A DNA stretch of 64,000 nt from Candidatus Latescibacterota bacterium (lineage in GTDB: Bacteria; Krumholzibacteriota; Krumholzibacteriia; WVZY01; JAKEHA01): the NCBI GenBank assembly GCA_963761125.1, contig CAVXFV010000005.1, positions 50,088 through 114,087 on the forward strand. Reading direction: 5' to 3'. Each line of letters starts with the position of its first letter. Positions within the stretch are counted from its first letter, which is position 1. The notes under the pieces were generated by a model. That model searched no databases and had not been told where the DNA came from. It saw only the letters and a list, made by a program, of their open reading frames with translations. Position numbers and translations under genes: made by a program. Below are positions 9,515-18,921 of the stretch, piece after piece.

Positions 9515-12500
9515 ATGTTCCCACGTGACAGGCGGGGAGCGATAGTTTTCGCCGCGTTTCTCGCGCTCCTGGGTCTGATTCATTCGAATGCCGCCGCGCA
9601 GACCGGTACTGTGACGGGGACTGTTACGGGAGAGGATGGAAAGCCGCTCGCGTATGCGAACGTGATCATCGTTGGCACCACCATGGGTGCCATGTCGCTT
9701 TCCGACGGAAAATTCACCATCGTCGGCGTGCCCGCGGGGACCTACAAGGTGCGCGCCATGATGATGGGCTTCAAGAACAACGACAAGGATATCACCATCA
9801 ACGCCGGTCAGCCGGCGTCGCTGTCGTTCAGGATGGAACAGACCATCGTGGCGCAGACACAGGTGATCGAAGTGCGCGGTGAACGGCCGATGGTCGAGGT
9901 CACCGAATCGAAGGTGACGGCTGCCGTCGACGAACAGCAGCTGCAGACGATGCCGGTGGACGACGTACTCGAAGCCGTCGGCCTCAAGGCGGGCATCGTG
10001 AAGACCGGCGACGACATGCACGTCCGCGGCGGTCGCAGCAACGAGGTCCAGATTCAGATCGACGGCGTGCCCGTGTCCGATCCGCTCGGCGGTGGTTCGG
10101 TTGACGTCGGCATGCTCGGCACCTCGGGGTCCGAGATCGTGTCCGGCGGTATGGACGCGGAATACGGCGACGCGCAGTCGGCCGTCATCAATATCGCGAC
10201 CAAGGAAGGCGGCCGTGCGTTCGGCGGCGAGTTCCGCTACTTCACCGACGACTTCGGCCGCGCCGACAAGACCTACACGAACTTCGACCGCATGAGCCTG
10301 GGCTTCGGCGGTCCCACCTGGTGGAAGAATCTCCGTTACTACATGTCGGGCGAAGCGACGTGGAGCGATACGGAGAACACGACCATCGAGCCTCGTCCGG
10401 AACACAAGATCACCGACTGGTTCAAGTTTCGGCAGCGGCAGCAGTCGTCGTACAACATGCAGGGCAAGCTGACCTACAACATGGCGCGGATGAAGGTCGA
10501 TGGCGAAGCGATCTACTCGACCTCACGCAACGACGACTACTACAACAACTGGAACGTGTCCGGGTACGTGGGAAAGATCTGGCGCTTCGAGGGCCTGACC
10601 TACGCGGTGGCTCCCGAACCGGGGCAACCGGAGATCATGCAGTTCACGCGCGTCGTGACCATCGACAACGGCAAGTGGGCCGAGATCAAGGATGCGGCGA
10701 CGCGGGAGCGGCAGCTGCACATCCGGCCGGTGATCGTGCAGGACCTGGTGCGCCAGGACGACGGTACGGTCAAGGTCGTGACGTACAACAACTTTCGGGC
10801 GGCCGACCTCAAAATCGGGGACCAGCCTCAGACGGTGGTGTGGGACGAGGCGATCAAGGCGTCCGATGGAACGATCCTGAGCTACAAGCCGTGGGCCCTG
10901 TTCGAGGGCTACCAGCGGCAGTTCAGTAACTTCAAGCCGTACGTCACCGACCCGAGCGGCGCCGACTCGTCGTTCGTTCCGTTCAACTCGGCCACCGGTA
11001 CGCCGGAGACCAAGAGCGACAACCTGCAGCTGAAGTTGACGTTCAGTCACAACATCACCAGCAAGCTGCTCTACACGGTGAAATTGAGTCGTCTCGACCT
11101 CAAGACGACGGCCTCGGTTCTCGACGCCAACGGCAACCTGAAGGATCCGTCGGAGTTCACGACGGCGGGTCTGCCCGCGACGCTGCCCGACGGAACCGTC
11201 GTCAACTCGGGCGTCACGGTCCCGGTGTGGTACACCGACGACACGGTGCCGTATTTCGTCACGGCGTACGACTATCCGTTCTACTCCGACCAGCGTTCGC
11301 TCCAGTATTTGATGCGCGGCGACATCACGTCGGAGCAGTTCAAGGGACATCGCATCAAGGCGGGTCTGCAGTTGATCTACAACGACCTCCTGGACGACCA
11401 GCGCGTGTTTCCCGCGCAGCAGCGCGACACACGCTACGGGACGGTCCAGCAGGGTCTGAACGTGAACATCTACCATAACTTCAACCAGGAAGGTGCCACG
11501 TACGTCCAGGACAAGTGGGAGTACGAAGGCATGGTGGTGAACGCGGGACTGCGGTACGAGTGGTTCTTCGTTGGAAACAACGACCAGATTCTGATCTCGA
11601 GTTCGGAGATCGACCCGAACGTGCAGACGTACAAGTGGAACCTGTCGCCGCGACTGGGCGTGGCGTTTCCGATCACCGACCGCGACAAGTTCTTCTTCCA
11701 CTACGGGCGATTCACGCAGTGGCCGAGCCGTGTGTACCTGTTCCGGACGCAGGATCCGGTGGGTTCGACCGGAACGCTGGGCAACCCGAACCTGCAGCCG
11801 GAGCTGACGGTTTCGTACCAGGCGGGTATCTCGCACCAGTTCACCGACGACATCGCGGGCAACTTCGTAGTGTTCAACAAGGACATCTACGGACTCATTT
11901 CGTCGACGCAGGTGACCGACGACTCGACGGGTATTCAGTCGTTCCGATTCATCAACAAGACGTACGCGAGCTCGCGCGGGTTGGAAATTTCGCTGGAGAA
12001 GCGCCTGACGCGCCGGCTGGGCTTCGAGGTGTACTACACGTACTCCTTCGCCGACGGCGTGGCCAGCAACGCGGACTTCGGGCGTTCGGCGGTCGGGTTG
12101 ACGCACCTGCCGACCGAGGAATATCCGCTGGACTGGGACCAGCGCCACACGTTCAACGTGACCCTGCGCCTGCAGGACCGGAACAAGTGGGGCGTTACGG
12201 CGATCTACTCCTACGGATCGGGGTTGCCGTGGACGCCGGTGGACCGGTTCGCGCGACTGGCGGACCCGACCCTGGAGAACTCGCTGCGGCTGGAGCCGAG
12301 TCACAAGCTGTCGGTCCAGGGGCGCAAACTGTTCAATGTGTACGGACGCGAGTTGACGCTGTTCTTCGAAGGGCGCAACCTCCTCGACGAGGACATCCTT
12401 CTGCCGGGCGGTACGTCGCCGGGAGCGTTCCCGACGATGGAGGCAGCGCGGATGGACGGCGGCTCGTACCTGACGGAGACAGGCCAGTACGGAGGCGCCT

Positions 12501-12610
12501 ATCTCCAGGACACCAACGACGATGGTCTGGACGAGTTCAACCCCGTCTACGATCCGACCATCTGGGAGACTCACCGCCTGTGGCGTCTGGGTCTCGGATT
12601 CGAGTTCTAA
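9515..12610 (+). CDS. TonB-dependent outer-membrane transporter with an N-terminal carboxypeptidase-regulatory-like (CarbD) domain (Oar-like / SusC-like class)
   Basis: 1031 aa; signal peptide (...LALLGLIHSNAAAQ), CarbD-type N-terminal beta-sandwich, a plug motif (...VLEAVGLKAGIVKTGDDMHVRGGRSNEVQIQIDGVPVSDPLGG) and a long Tyr/Gly-rich barrel ending in an aromatic C-terminus (...GLGFEF). Confidence 0.85.
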   Translation: MFPRDRRGAIVFAAFLALLGLIHSNAAAQTGTVTGTVTGEDGKPLAYANVIIVGTTMGAMSLSDGKFTIVGVPAGTYKVRAMMMGFKNNDKDITINAGQPASLSFRMEQTIVAQTQVIEVRGERPMVEVTESKVTAAVDEQQLQTMPVDDVLEAVGLKAGIVKTGDDMHVRGGRSNEVQIQIDGVPVSDPLGGGSVDVGMLGTSGSEIVSGGMDAEYGDAQSAVINIATKEGGRAFGGEFRYFTDDFGRADKTYTNFDRMSLGFGGPTWWKNLRYYMSGEATWSDTENTTIEPRPEHKITDWFKFRQRQQSSYNMQGKLTYNMARMKVDGEAIYSTSRNDDYYNNWNVSGYVGKIWRFEGLTYAVAPEPGQPEIMQFTRVVTIDNGKWAEIKDAATRERQLHIRPVIVQDLVRQDDGTVKVVTYNNFRAADLKIGDQPQTVVWDEAIKASDGTILSYKPWALFEGYQRQFSNFKPYVTDPSGADSSFVPFNSATGTPETKSDNLQLKLTFSHNITSKLLYTVKLSRLDLKTTASVLDANGNLKDPSEFTTAGLPATLPDGTVVNSGVTVPVWYTDDTVPYFVTAYDYPFYSDQRSLQYLMRGDITSEQFKGHRIKAGLQLIYNDLLDDQRVFPAQQRDTRYGTVQQGLNVNIYHNFNQEGATYVQDKWEYEGMVVNAGLRYEWFFVGNNDQILISSSEIDPNVQTYKWNLSPRLGVAFPITDRDKFFFHYGRFTQWPSRVYLFRTQDPVGSTGTLGNPNLQPELTVSYQAGISHQFTDDIAGNFVVFNKDIYGLISSTQVTDDSTGIQSFRFINKTYASSRGLEISLEKRLTRRLGFEVYYTYSFADGVASNADFGRSAVGLTHLPTEEYPLDWDQRHTFNVTLRLQDRNKWGVTAIYSYGSGLPWTPVDRFARLADPTLENSLRLEPSHKLSVQGRKLFNVYGRELTLFFEGRNLLDEDILLPGGTSPGAFPTMEAARMDGGSYLTETGQYGGAYLQDTNDDGLDEFNPVYDPTIWETHRLWRLGLGFEF

Positions 12611-13591
12611 ATGCGACGCCGGAATCTTTCAGGAGGTTCGAAATTGAGATCACGGATCATGCAGGGTGTTGCCGTGACGATGCTGGCTGCGCTTATTCCG
12701 GCGCAGTCGTTCGCCACCACGCCCTTCGCCAAGGTGGGCACGTACGCGCTGCCGTTCCTGAAGATCGGCGTGTCCGCGCGCGCAGCGGGGATGGGCGGGG
12801 CGTTCACCGCGATCGCCAACGACGCGACCGCGACCTACTGGAACCCGGCGGGTCTGGTGGATCTGACGCGGACGGACGTGTCGTTGTCGTATACGTGGTG
12901 GCCCGCGGACGTCAAGCTGAACTACGCGGCCGGCGCGTTCAATCTCCCGTTTATACCGGGCACATTCGGCGTCAGCGCGCGCGCGTTGACGATGGATCCC
13001 CAGGTGGTTCGAACGGTCTTCCTGCCGGAAGGCACGGGGCAGACGTTCGACGCGGGTGACATGTCGTTCGGCCTGTCGTATGCCAAGTTCTTCACCGATA
13101 AGTTCTCCTCGGGCGCGACGGTTCACTTCATCCACTCGGGTCTCGCAGAGAAGAGCGTGAACACGTTTGCGTTCGACTTCGGACTCGTGTATCGAATCGG
13201 CCTGTGGGGAATGCGGCTGGGCATGTTGATCCAGAGCCTGGGCGCCGAGGTCAACTACGACGACCGCAGCTCGAAGCTGCCGACGCAGTTCAAGGTGTCG
13301 ATGGCGGCGACGCCGTATGCGCAGGGCGTCAACAGCATCCAGGGTGTGTTCGAATTTGCGCACCCGTCAGACAACAAAGAAGTCGTGAATCTCGGTGCGG
13401 AGTACGGCTTCAACCAGTTCTTCTTCCTGCGCGGCGGATACGACTTCGGCACCGATAGCCAGGGTCTTGCCGCCGGCATGGGATTGCGGATCGACACCAG
13501 CCAGACCTCGGACCTGATGTTCGACTACGCGTGGTCGGATATGGGATACCTGGGCCAGGTTCACCGCATCTCCCTCGGCTTCAGCTACTAA
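12611..13591 (+). CDS. PorV/PorQ-like (FadL-fold) outer-membrane beta-barrel protein
   Basis: Signal peptide, then GTYALPFLKIGVSARAAGMGGAFTAIANDATATYWNPAGL, the hallmark N-terminal motif of the PorV/PorQ/UPF0164 family; aromatic C-terminus ...RISLGFSY. Start uncertain: ATG 12611, TTG 12644 (after AGGAGG) or ATG 12659. Confidence 0.65.
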   Translation: MRRRNLSGGSKLRSRIMQGVAVTMLAALIPAQSFATTPFAKVGTYALPFLKIGVSARAAGMGGAFTAIANDATATYWNPAGLVDLTRTDVSLSYTWWPADVKLNYAAGAFNLPFIPGTFGVSARALTMDPQVVRTVFLPEGTGQTFDAGDMSFGLSYAKFFTDKFSSGATVHFIHSGLAEKSVNTFAFDFGLVYRIGLWGMRLGMLIQSLGAEVNYDDRSSKLPTQFKVSMAATPYAQGVNSIQGVFEFAHPSDNKEVVNLGAEYGFNQFFFLRGGYDFGTDSQGLAAGMGLRIDTSQTSDLMFDYAWSDMGYLGQVHRISLGFSY

Positions 13592-13614
13592 TGCGGAATC
13601 GGGTTGAACGAACG

Positions 13615-15185
13615 ATGAATCGATCGCGGTATACCGCGGAAATAGGCGCCCCCCGAAGGGGCGCCTATCCTTTGTGGGGTCTCGCCGCCCTGCTGATCCT
13701 GCTTGCAGCGGGGACGGCGTCGGCGACCCAGGTCGGCCGCGGCGACTTCGAGTTCTACCTCGACGCGGCCTCGTTTCGCGGGCACGACGGCAAGGACTTC
13801 ACCAATGTGGCGGCCCGAATCGCGAACTCGCAATCTCGAATTCGAGCAGGAGAGGTCCGGCTGGAAGAGCCGCGTCACGATCTCGTTGCTCGTCACCGAC
13901 GACGCCGGCAAGGAGCTCATCAAGACCGGTGAAACGATGACGTTCCACGAGACGATCCGACCCGGGTCGAGAGTTCCGTCGCCTACCAGACCATCGTCAA
14001 GCAGTTCAGCCTTCCGCCGGGCTCGTACTGGCTCTCGTACGGAATCGAAGACCTGCAGGCGGAGAAGATCAGCATGGTCGGAATTGCGCAAGGGCGCCCA
14101 CAAGAACGCGGCCGTGCAGCACATGCGGCTGGTACTGCCGGAAATGCCGACCGACCTTCCGTCGTTCAGTGACGCGCTCTTCGTTTGGGATGTCGACCCT
14201 CGGGCGTCCGGTATTCGCAAGTATCGCCCGAACCCGTCACACATGTACGGCCTCTATCGCGACAGTCTGACGGTCTACGTCGAGCTCTACATCCCCGAGG
14301 ACGAGACTCCGGCTCCCACGCTCGAGTTCCATTCGGAGATCGCCACCCAGAAGGGCGACCCGGTCCGGGATACGCAGATCGCACTTGCGAATCCCGATGC
14401 GGGAAGCACGCGCTCGCGCACCTACCCCGTGGTGATCCACGAGGATCTCTCGGCGCTCGAGGCCGGCGCGTACACGCTATTCCTGTCCTTCGGCCTGGAC
14501 GGCCAGTCGCTGACGCGCATCAAGGCCGGCGATTTTTCGGTTGCCTGGGACATGCGCACGTGGGAGATTCCGCGCCGCGAGTACCTGGCCGAAGCGCGGT
14601 TTCTGCTGGGTGACGACGACTTCAAGAAGTTCCAGTCGCTCAATCCCGGGCAGCAGGAAAAGATGCTTGATGACCGCTGGAAGCAGTACGACCCCGATCC
14701 CACGACCGGGACCAACGAAGCCTACAACACGTTCCTTGAGCGCCTGGATTACATCAACGCGCACTACGGCGACGAAGGCCTCGCGATCTTCACGGATCGT
14801 GGGGATATCTACATGCGCTACGGGCCGCCGGACGAATTCGTCCAGGACGTGATTCCGCTCAATTATGACACGCTCGCGGAAGCGGAGGCCGTTGTCGACA
14901 ACCCGTACCATCCGCTGAACCTCGAGTTCGAGCAGCAGCAAGCTCTATTCGGTGCCGGTGACGAAGAACACGTTCGGGTCGAGTGAAAAGTCGACCGCGC
15001 GCTACCGGGAGGAGGACAACACCGGGGTCCCGTACGAGCTCTGGATCTATCACCAGGGCGGGACGCCGATCCTCGACCGCGACCGGATCCACCAGATCGA
15101 TCTCGGGATGCGTTTCCTGTTCGTAGACCGTGACGGGCACGGGCGTTACAAGCTGGAGAAGAGCTCGTCGATCTCTGACAAGTAG
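13615..15185 (+). pseudogene. GWxTD-domain protein, paralog 1, disrupted by four frame shifts
   Basis: Homologous along its length to the intact paralog at 24873-26162 (MNxRY start, signal peptide, ...FxLPPGxY..., GW/GL-x-[TS]-D-RG-x-[IV]-Y-[IM]-RYG core). Coding frame switches f1 to f2 (about 13831), f2 to f1 (about 13967), f1 to f2 (about 14100) and f2 to f3 (about 14984). C-terminal segment ...YELWIYHQGG...FLFVDRDGHGRYKLEK matches the paralog's C-terminus. Confidence 0.7.
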
Positions 15186-15221
15186 GGGGCCGGGGTCGGC
15201 CGCGGGGGCAGTCAAAAGCGG

Positions 15222-15250
15222 GTTGACAGCCCCCGGAACCGGGGCTATAG
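15222..15250 (+). promoter_or_regulatory. Sigma70-like promoter for exbB-exbD-exbD-tonB (TTGACA-N17-TATAGT)
   Basis: -35 at 15222-15227 and -10 at 15245-15250; about 100 nt upstream of exbB. Confidence 0.45.
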
Positions 15251-15354
15251 TCGCCCTATTCGTTTCGGGTGCCGGCGAGTTTTTGGGTAAATCGAGCCGC
15301 TCCATCGAATCCCCCACCCCGACATCATTTCATGGCAAGAAGGAGTTTCTAGCG

Positions 15355-16347
15355 ATGCGAGAGCTAGGCAAAAGAGTTTGCGTCCTTTTTACGTGCATTG
15401 TTCTGGCGCTGGTCGTCGCGGCGTATGCCGTCGACCGAGCCAACGCAACCCCGCAGGATGACGCGACGAATGCGGGGACGACGGCGACGGGGCAGGCTGA
15501 CGATCAGGCGACGAGCGACGAACCGGTCGACATGCCGAAGAACGTCGACATGACGTCGATGGCGGCACCGATCAATCCCGACTCGTTCCTCACGGCGCCC
15601 AACGACTCGGCCCAGACGGCGACGGCCATCGCCGAGATGATCCGCAAAGAGAACGGCAAGCTGATCAACCGCATCAAGAACAGCGGCCTCGGTCAGTTGT
15701 ACATCAAGGGCGGAATGTTCATGCATCCGCTCCTCTTGTGCTCGGTGATCGGTCTCGTGCTCTGCCTGGAGCGTCTCTGGACTCTCTCTCGCGCGCGCTC
15801 CGACACCAAAAAACTCATGATGGAAGTGATCAAGGCCATTCGGTCCGAAGGCACCGATGCGGCTCTGGCCGTCTGCCAGCGGACACGCGGTCCGATTGCC
15901 GCGGTTCTCCACTCGGGTCTGCTGCGTGCGCACCGCGGCGCAGAAGCCGTCGAGAAAGCCATCGGCACCTCGGGTGCGATCGAAATGGCGTTCCTCGAAA
16001 AGGGCCTGACTATTCTGGCGTCGGTCTCCAACGTGGCGCCGCTGCTCGGGTTCCTCGGAACGGTGTCCGGTATGATTTCGGCCTTCGCGGCCATCGCGGC
16101 GGCCGAACAGGTCAGCGCCAAACTGGTGGCGAAAGGTATCGAAGAAGCTCTTATTACAACTGCGGCCGGTCTCGTGATCGCCGTACCCATCAGCGTGTTC
16201 TACAGCTATTTCGTCGTCCAGATCGACCGCTTCGTGATCGAGATGGAAGAGGCGAGTGCGGAGCTGGTGGACGAGTTGCTCGACATCGAGTACAAGAAGT
16301 CGAAGCTCGCGGCCGAGCGGAGTTCAGGAGTTCATTTCCGCCCCTGA
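15355..16347 (+). CDS. exbB: MotA/TolQ/ExbB proton-channel protein with a roughly 100-aa N-terminal periplasmic extension
   Basis: GAAGGAG Shine-Dalgarno then ATG 15355. Signal/TM segment, an Asp/Thr/Ala-rich extension, then the three-TM ExbB core (...LERLWTL...VSNVAPLLGFLGTVSGMISAF...). Confidence 0.88.
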   Translation: MRELGKRVCVLFTCIVLALVVAAYAVDRANATPQDDATNAGTTATGQADDQATSDEPVDMPKNVDMTSMAAPINPDSFLTAPNDSAQTATAIAEMIRKENGKLINRIKNSGLGQLYIKGGMFMHPLLLCSVIGLVLCLERLWTLSRARSDTKKLMMEVIKAIRSEGTDAALAVCQRTRGPIAAVLHSGLLRAHRGAEAVEKAIGTSGAIEMAFLEKGLTILASVSNVAPLLGFLGTVSGMISAFAAIAAAEQVSAKLVAKGIEEALITTAAGLVIAVPISVFYSYFVVQIDRFVIEMEEASAELVDELLDIEYKKSKLAAERSSGVHFRP

Positions 16348-16356
16348 GTAGCCGCC

Positions 16357-16767
16357 ATGAAGCGAATCAAGAACAAGTTCCGCCAGGGCGCCGGGGAATT
16401 CCAGGCGGCGTCGATGTCGGACATCGCGTTCCTGCTGCTGGTCTTCTTCATCGTGACCACGATTTTCGCGTTGGAGGAAGGCATCCCGCTGATTCTGCCC
16501 GCGCGCCAGTCCGTCGTCGCGAAGGTCAAGCAGAAGAACATCCTCGAGATCAAGGCGTACCCGGACGGGTCGGTGGTGGTGGACGGCGAGAACATCGGTC
16601 TCGCCGGCGTGCGTCCCCTGGTCGAGCGGAAACTCTCGGAAAACGACAAGCTCATCGTCGTGATCATCACGCATCCCGACGCGGAATACGGCCTGATGGT
16701 CGATCTCCTCGATGAGATCAAGCTGGCCAACTGCCGGCGTATTTCGTTGAAAACGATGAATTCGTAG
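16357..16767 (+). CDS. exbD: ExbD/TolR biopolymer transport protein
   Basis: 136 aa; ...ASMSDIAFLLLVFFIVTT... single-TM ExbD signature. Confidence 0.88.
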   Translation: MKRIKNKFRQGAGEFQAASMSDIAFLLLVFFIVTTIFALEEGIPLILPARQSVVAKVKQKNILEIKAYPDGSVVVDGENIGLAGVRPLVERKLSENDKLIVVIITHPDAEYGLMVDLLDEIKLANCRRISLKTMNS

Positions 16768-16779
16768 CGTTTTGAAATC

Positions 16780-17220
16780 ATGAGAATCGGGCATTTCAAG
16801 AAAAAGCAGGGAGTGAAGGCAGGCGTTCCGACCGCCTCGATGGCGGACATCGCCTTTCTGCTCTTGATCTTCTTTATGGCCACGACCATTTTTAAGATGG
16901 AGGATGGTCTCGAAGTGACGCTTCCGCGCGCGGAGACCGCGCAACGGCAGCAACGGGAGAAGATCATGCACATCTGGATCGACCGGGGCGGCAACATCGC
17001 CATCAACGATAAGATCGTCAAGGTCAGTCAGATCGAAGATATCTTGAAGGGTATGCTCCAGGAGCGGCCCGATTTGATCGTTGCATTCAACGCGGACGAC
17101 CGGGCTCCGTATCGTGCGGTCTCCGACGTCATGGAAGAGCTCAAGGATGCCAACGCGATCCGCGTTTCGTTCACGAGCGACAAGAAGAACGCGTCGATGA
17201 AGAGGCGGCGGGAGCTATGA
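16780..17220 (+). CDS. exbD: ExbD/TolR biopolymer transport protein, second copy
   Basis: 146 aa; ...ASMADIAFLLLIFFMATT...; stop overlaps the tonB start (ATGA). Confidence 0.88.
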   Translation: MRIGHFKKKQGVKAGVPTASMADIAFLLLIFFMATTIFKMEDGLEVTLPRAETAQRQQREKIMHIWIDRGGNIAINDKIVKVSQIEDILKGMLQERPDLIVAFNADDRAPYRAVSDVMEELKDANAIRVSFTSDKKNASMKRRREL

Positions 17221-17876
17221 GCAAGAAGGGCGCTGCCACCGAGAAGATTCGGCTGCTCCACGATTCGGCGAACGAGGAGTTCAAGGCGAAGTACAACAAG
17301 TACGTTCGCTGGGCGCTCGTGATCGCGGTCGTGGTCCATTTCGTCGCGTTCGTCTTCACGCCGGCATTCACGATCACTCCCTACAAGCTCAAGCAGGAGC
17401 AGTTCGAAGTGGTCGATGTCCCCGATCAGATCGATCTGCCGCCGCCGCCGCCCGACGTTCCGCCGCCGCCGGTCGCGGTGCAGGCCGCCGAGGACGAGTC
17501 GGAGGCGACGGACGAAGTCGCCGAGACGACGTTCGAAAATTTCGAAGACATGCCGCCGCCGCCGCCCCCGGGTGGGGGATCGGGTGCCGATGTGTTCCTT
17601 GCCTTCGACGAACCGCCCGCACTGATCGAGTACGCGGCGCCCGAGTATCCGCAGTTGGCACGCGACGCGGGTATCGAGGGAACCGTCGCGATTCGCGTGC
17701 TGGTCACCGAAGAGGGCAAGGTCGCCGAGGCCATTGTGCTGTCGTCGGACGTGACGCCGGCGATGGACCAGGCGGCGATCAAGGCGGCGTTGAAGTGCAA
17801 ATTCCGTCCGGCGAAGCAGCGCACGGTGCCGGTCAAGGCGCACGTGATGATTCCGTTCCAGTTCAAGCTGCACTAG
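17217..17876 (+). CDS. tonB: TonB energy transducer
   Basis: N-terminal TM segment, Pro-rich spacer (PPPPPDVPPPPV...PPPPPPGGG) and TonB C-terminal domain (EYPQLARDAGIEGTVAIRVLVTEEGKV...). Confidence 0.88.
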   Translation: MSKKGAATEKIRLLHDSANEEFKAKYNKYVRWALVIAVVVHFVAFVFTPAFTITPYKLKQEQFEVVDVPDQIDLPPPPPDVPPPPVAVQAAEDESEATDEVAETTFENFEDMPPPPPPGGGSGADVFLAFDEPPALIEYAAPEYPQLARDAGIEGTVAIRVLVTEEGKVAEAIVLSSDVTPAMDQAAIKAALKCKFRPAKQRTVPVKAHVMIPFQFKLH

Positions 17877-17903
17877 AATCCGAGACGACACCGATCGATT
17901 CCG

Positions 17904-17933
17904 GCGCCCGCCTCCCGGCGGGCACTTTTTTTT
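17904..17933 (+). terminator. Rho-independent terminator after tonB
   Basis: GCCCGCC-tccc-GGCGGGC hairpin followed by an 8-T run. Confidence 0.7.
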
Positions 17934-18083
17934 CAATACCCGCCTTGCCCACGGAGGAACCCCGCCGCATCTTTTCAGTACGCCGGCACCCGCCGGCTCC
18001 GGTGCTCCCGGCCCACCACGGGGCGTGCATGATTCATCGATTCGAGGACCCCATCGCCCCGGGGCGAGCAAGGAGGACCCACG

Positions 18084-18734
18084 ATGACGGCAGCGCCTGT
18101 AATCCCGCCCAATCCCATCACGGCCAACGACGGCTTCAAGAATCATTATGCTCGCACCCTGCGAACCGCATTCGTGCTCGCCGTGTTGCTTCACGGAACG
18201 GCGTTCGTGCTGGTTCCCGCGTTCCGAGTCCAGGCTTATCAGCTCCCGCCAGATTCGACCGTTGTCGCGATCTGTGACGCTTCTCCGCCGGTGCCGGACA
18301 TTCCCGACGTTCGGGTCCCCGAACCGCCGTCGCCCGTTGGAATCGATCCGGAGCCGACTCCGGATCCGAACGTGCCGGAGACGCCGTCGGTGCCGTCCGT
18401 CACGCTCGATCCGCCGAACGCGGTTCCGCGCGACGGTAGTGGGCCGCCGGGATTCCTGGCGTTTTCCGAGGGCCCCGTGCTGGTCGAGTTCGTCGCGCCG
18501 AAATACCCGCGCCTGGCGCGCGAGGCAGGCATCGAAGGGATCGTCCAGGTTCGCGTGCGGATCGACGAGCGGGGGCGGGTCGTCGCGGCGACGGTCGTCC
18601 ACTCGGACGTGACGCCGGCCATGGACGAGGCCGCGATCCATGCCGCGCTCCAGTGCCGGTTCAAGCCCGCCCGGCAGCGGACCGAGCCGGTTCCGGCCGA
18701 CGTGGTCATTCCATTCAGCTTCTCGATTCGCTGA
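18084..18734 (+). CDS. tonB: TonB energy transducer, paralog 2 (separate transcription unit)
   Basis: Same architecture: TM segment, Pro-rich spacer, and C-terminal domain KYPRLAREAGIEGIVQVRVRIDERGRV with a tail parallel to TonB-1; AAGGAGGA Shine-Dalgarno upstream. Confidence 0.85.
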   Translation: MTAAPVIPPNPITANDGFKNHYARTLRTAFVLAVLLHGTAFVLVPAFRVQAYQLPPDSTVVAICDASPPVPDIPDVRVPEPPSPVGIDPEPTPDPNVPETPSVPSVTLDPPNAVPRDGSGPPGFLAFSEGPVLVEFVAPKYPRLAREAGIEGIVQVRVRIDERGRVVAATVVHSDVTPAMDEAAIHAALQCRFKPARQRTEPVPADVVIPFSFSIR

Positions 18735-18921
18735 GCGACCGCGGCCGACCGATCGACGGGGCCCGGACCTTCCCGGGTCCCGTTTCGCCTCCCACGGGCC
18801 CGGCGATCCGGGTATAATGCCGGAACAATCGCGCCGCGCGTTCGTAGTACCCTCCAAACTCGCTGCGACGGGGCGGGATCCGATTTTTTATCTTTTCCAT
18901 GCCAGACCGGAAGGTGACGAC

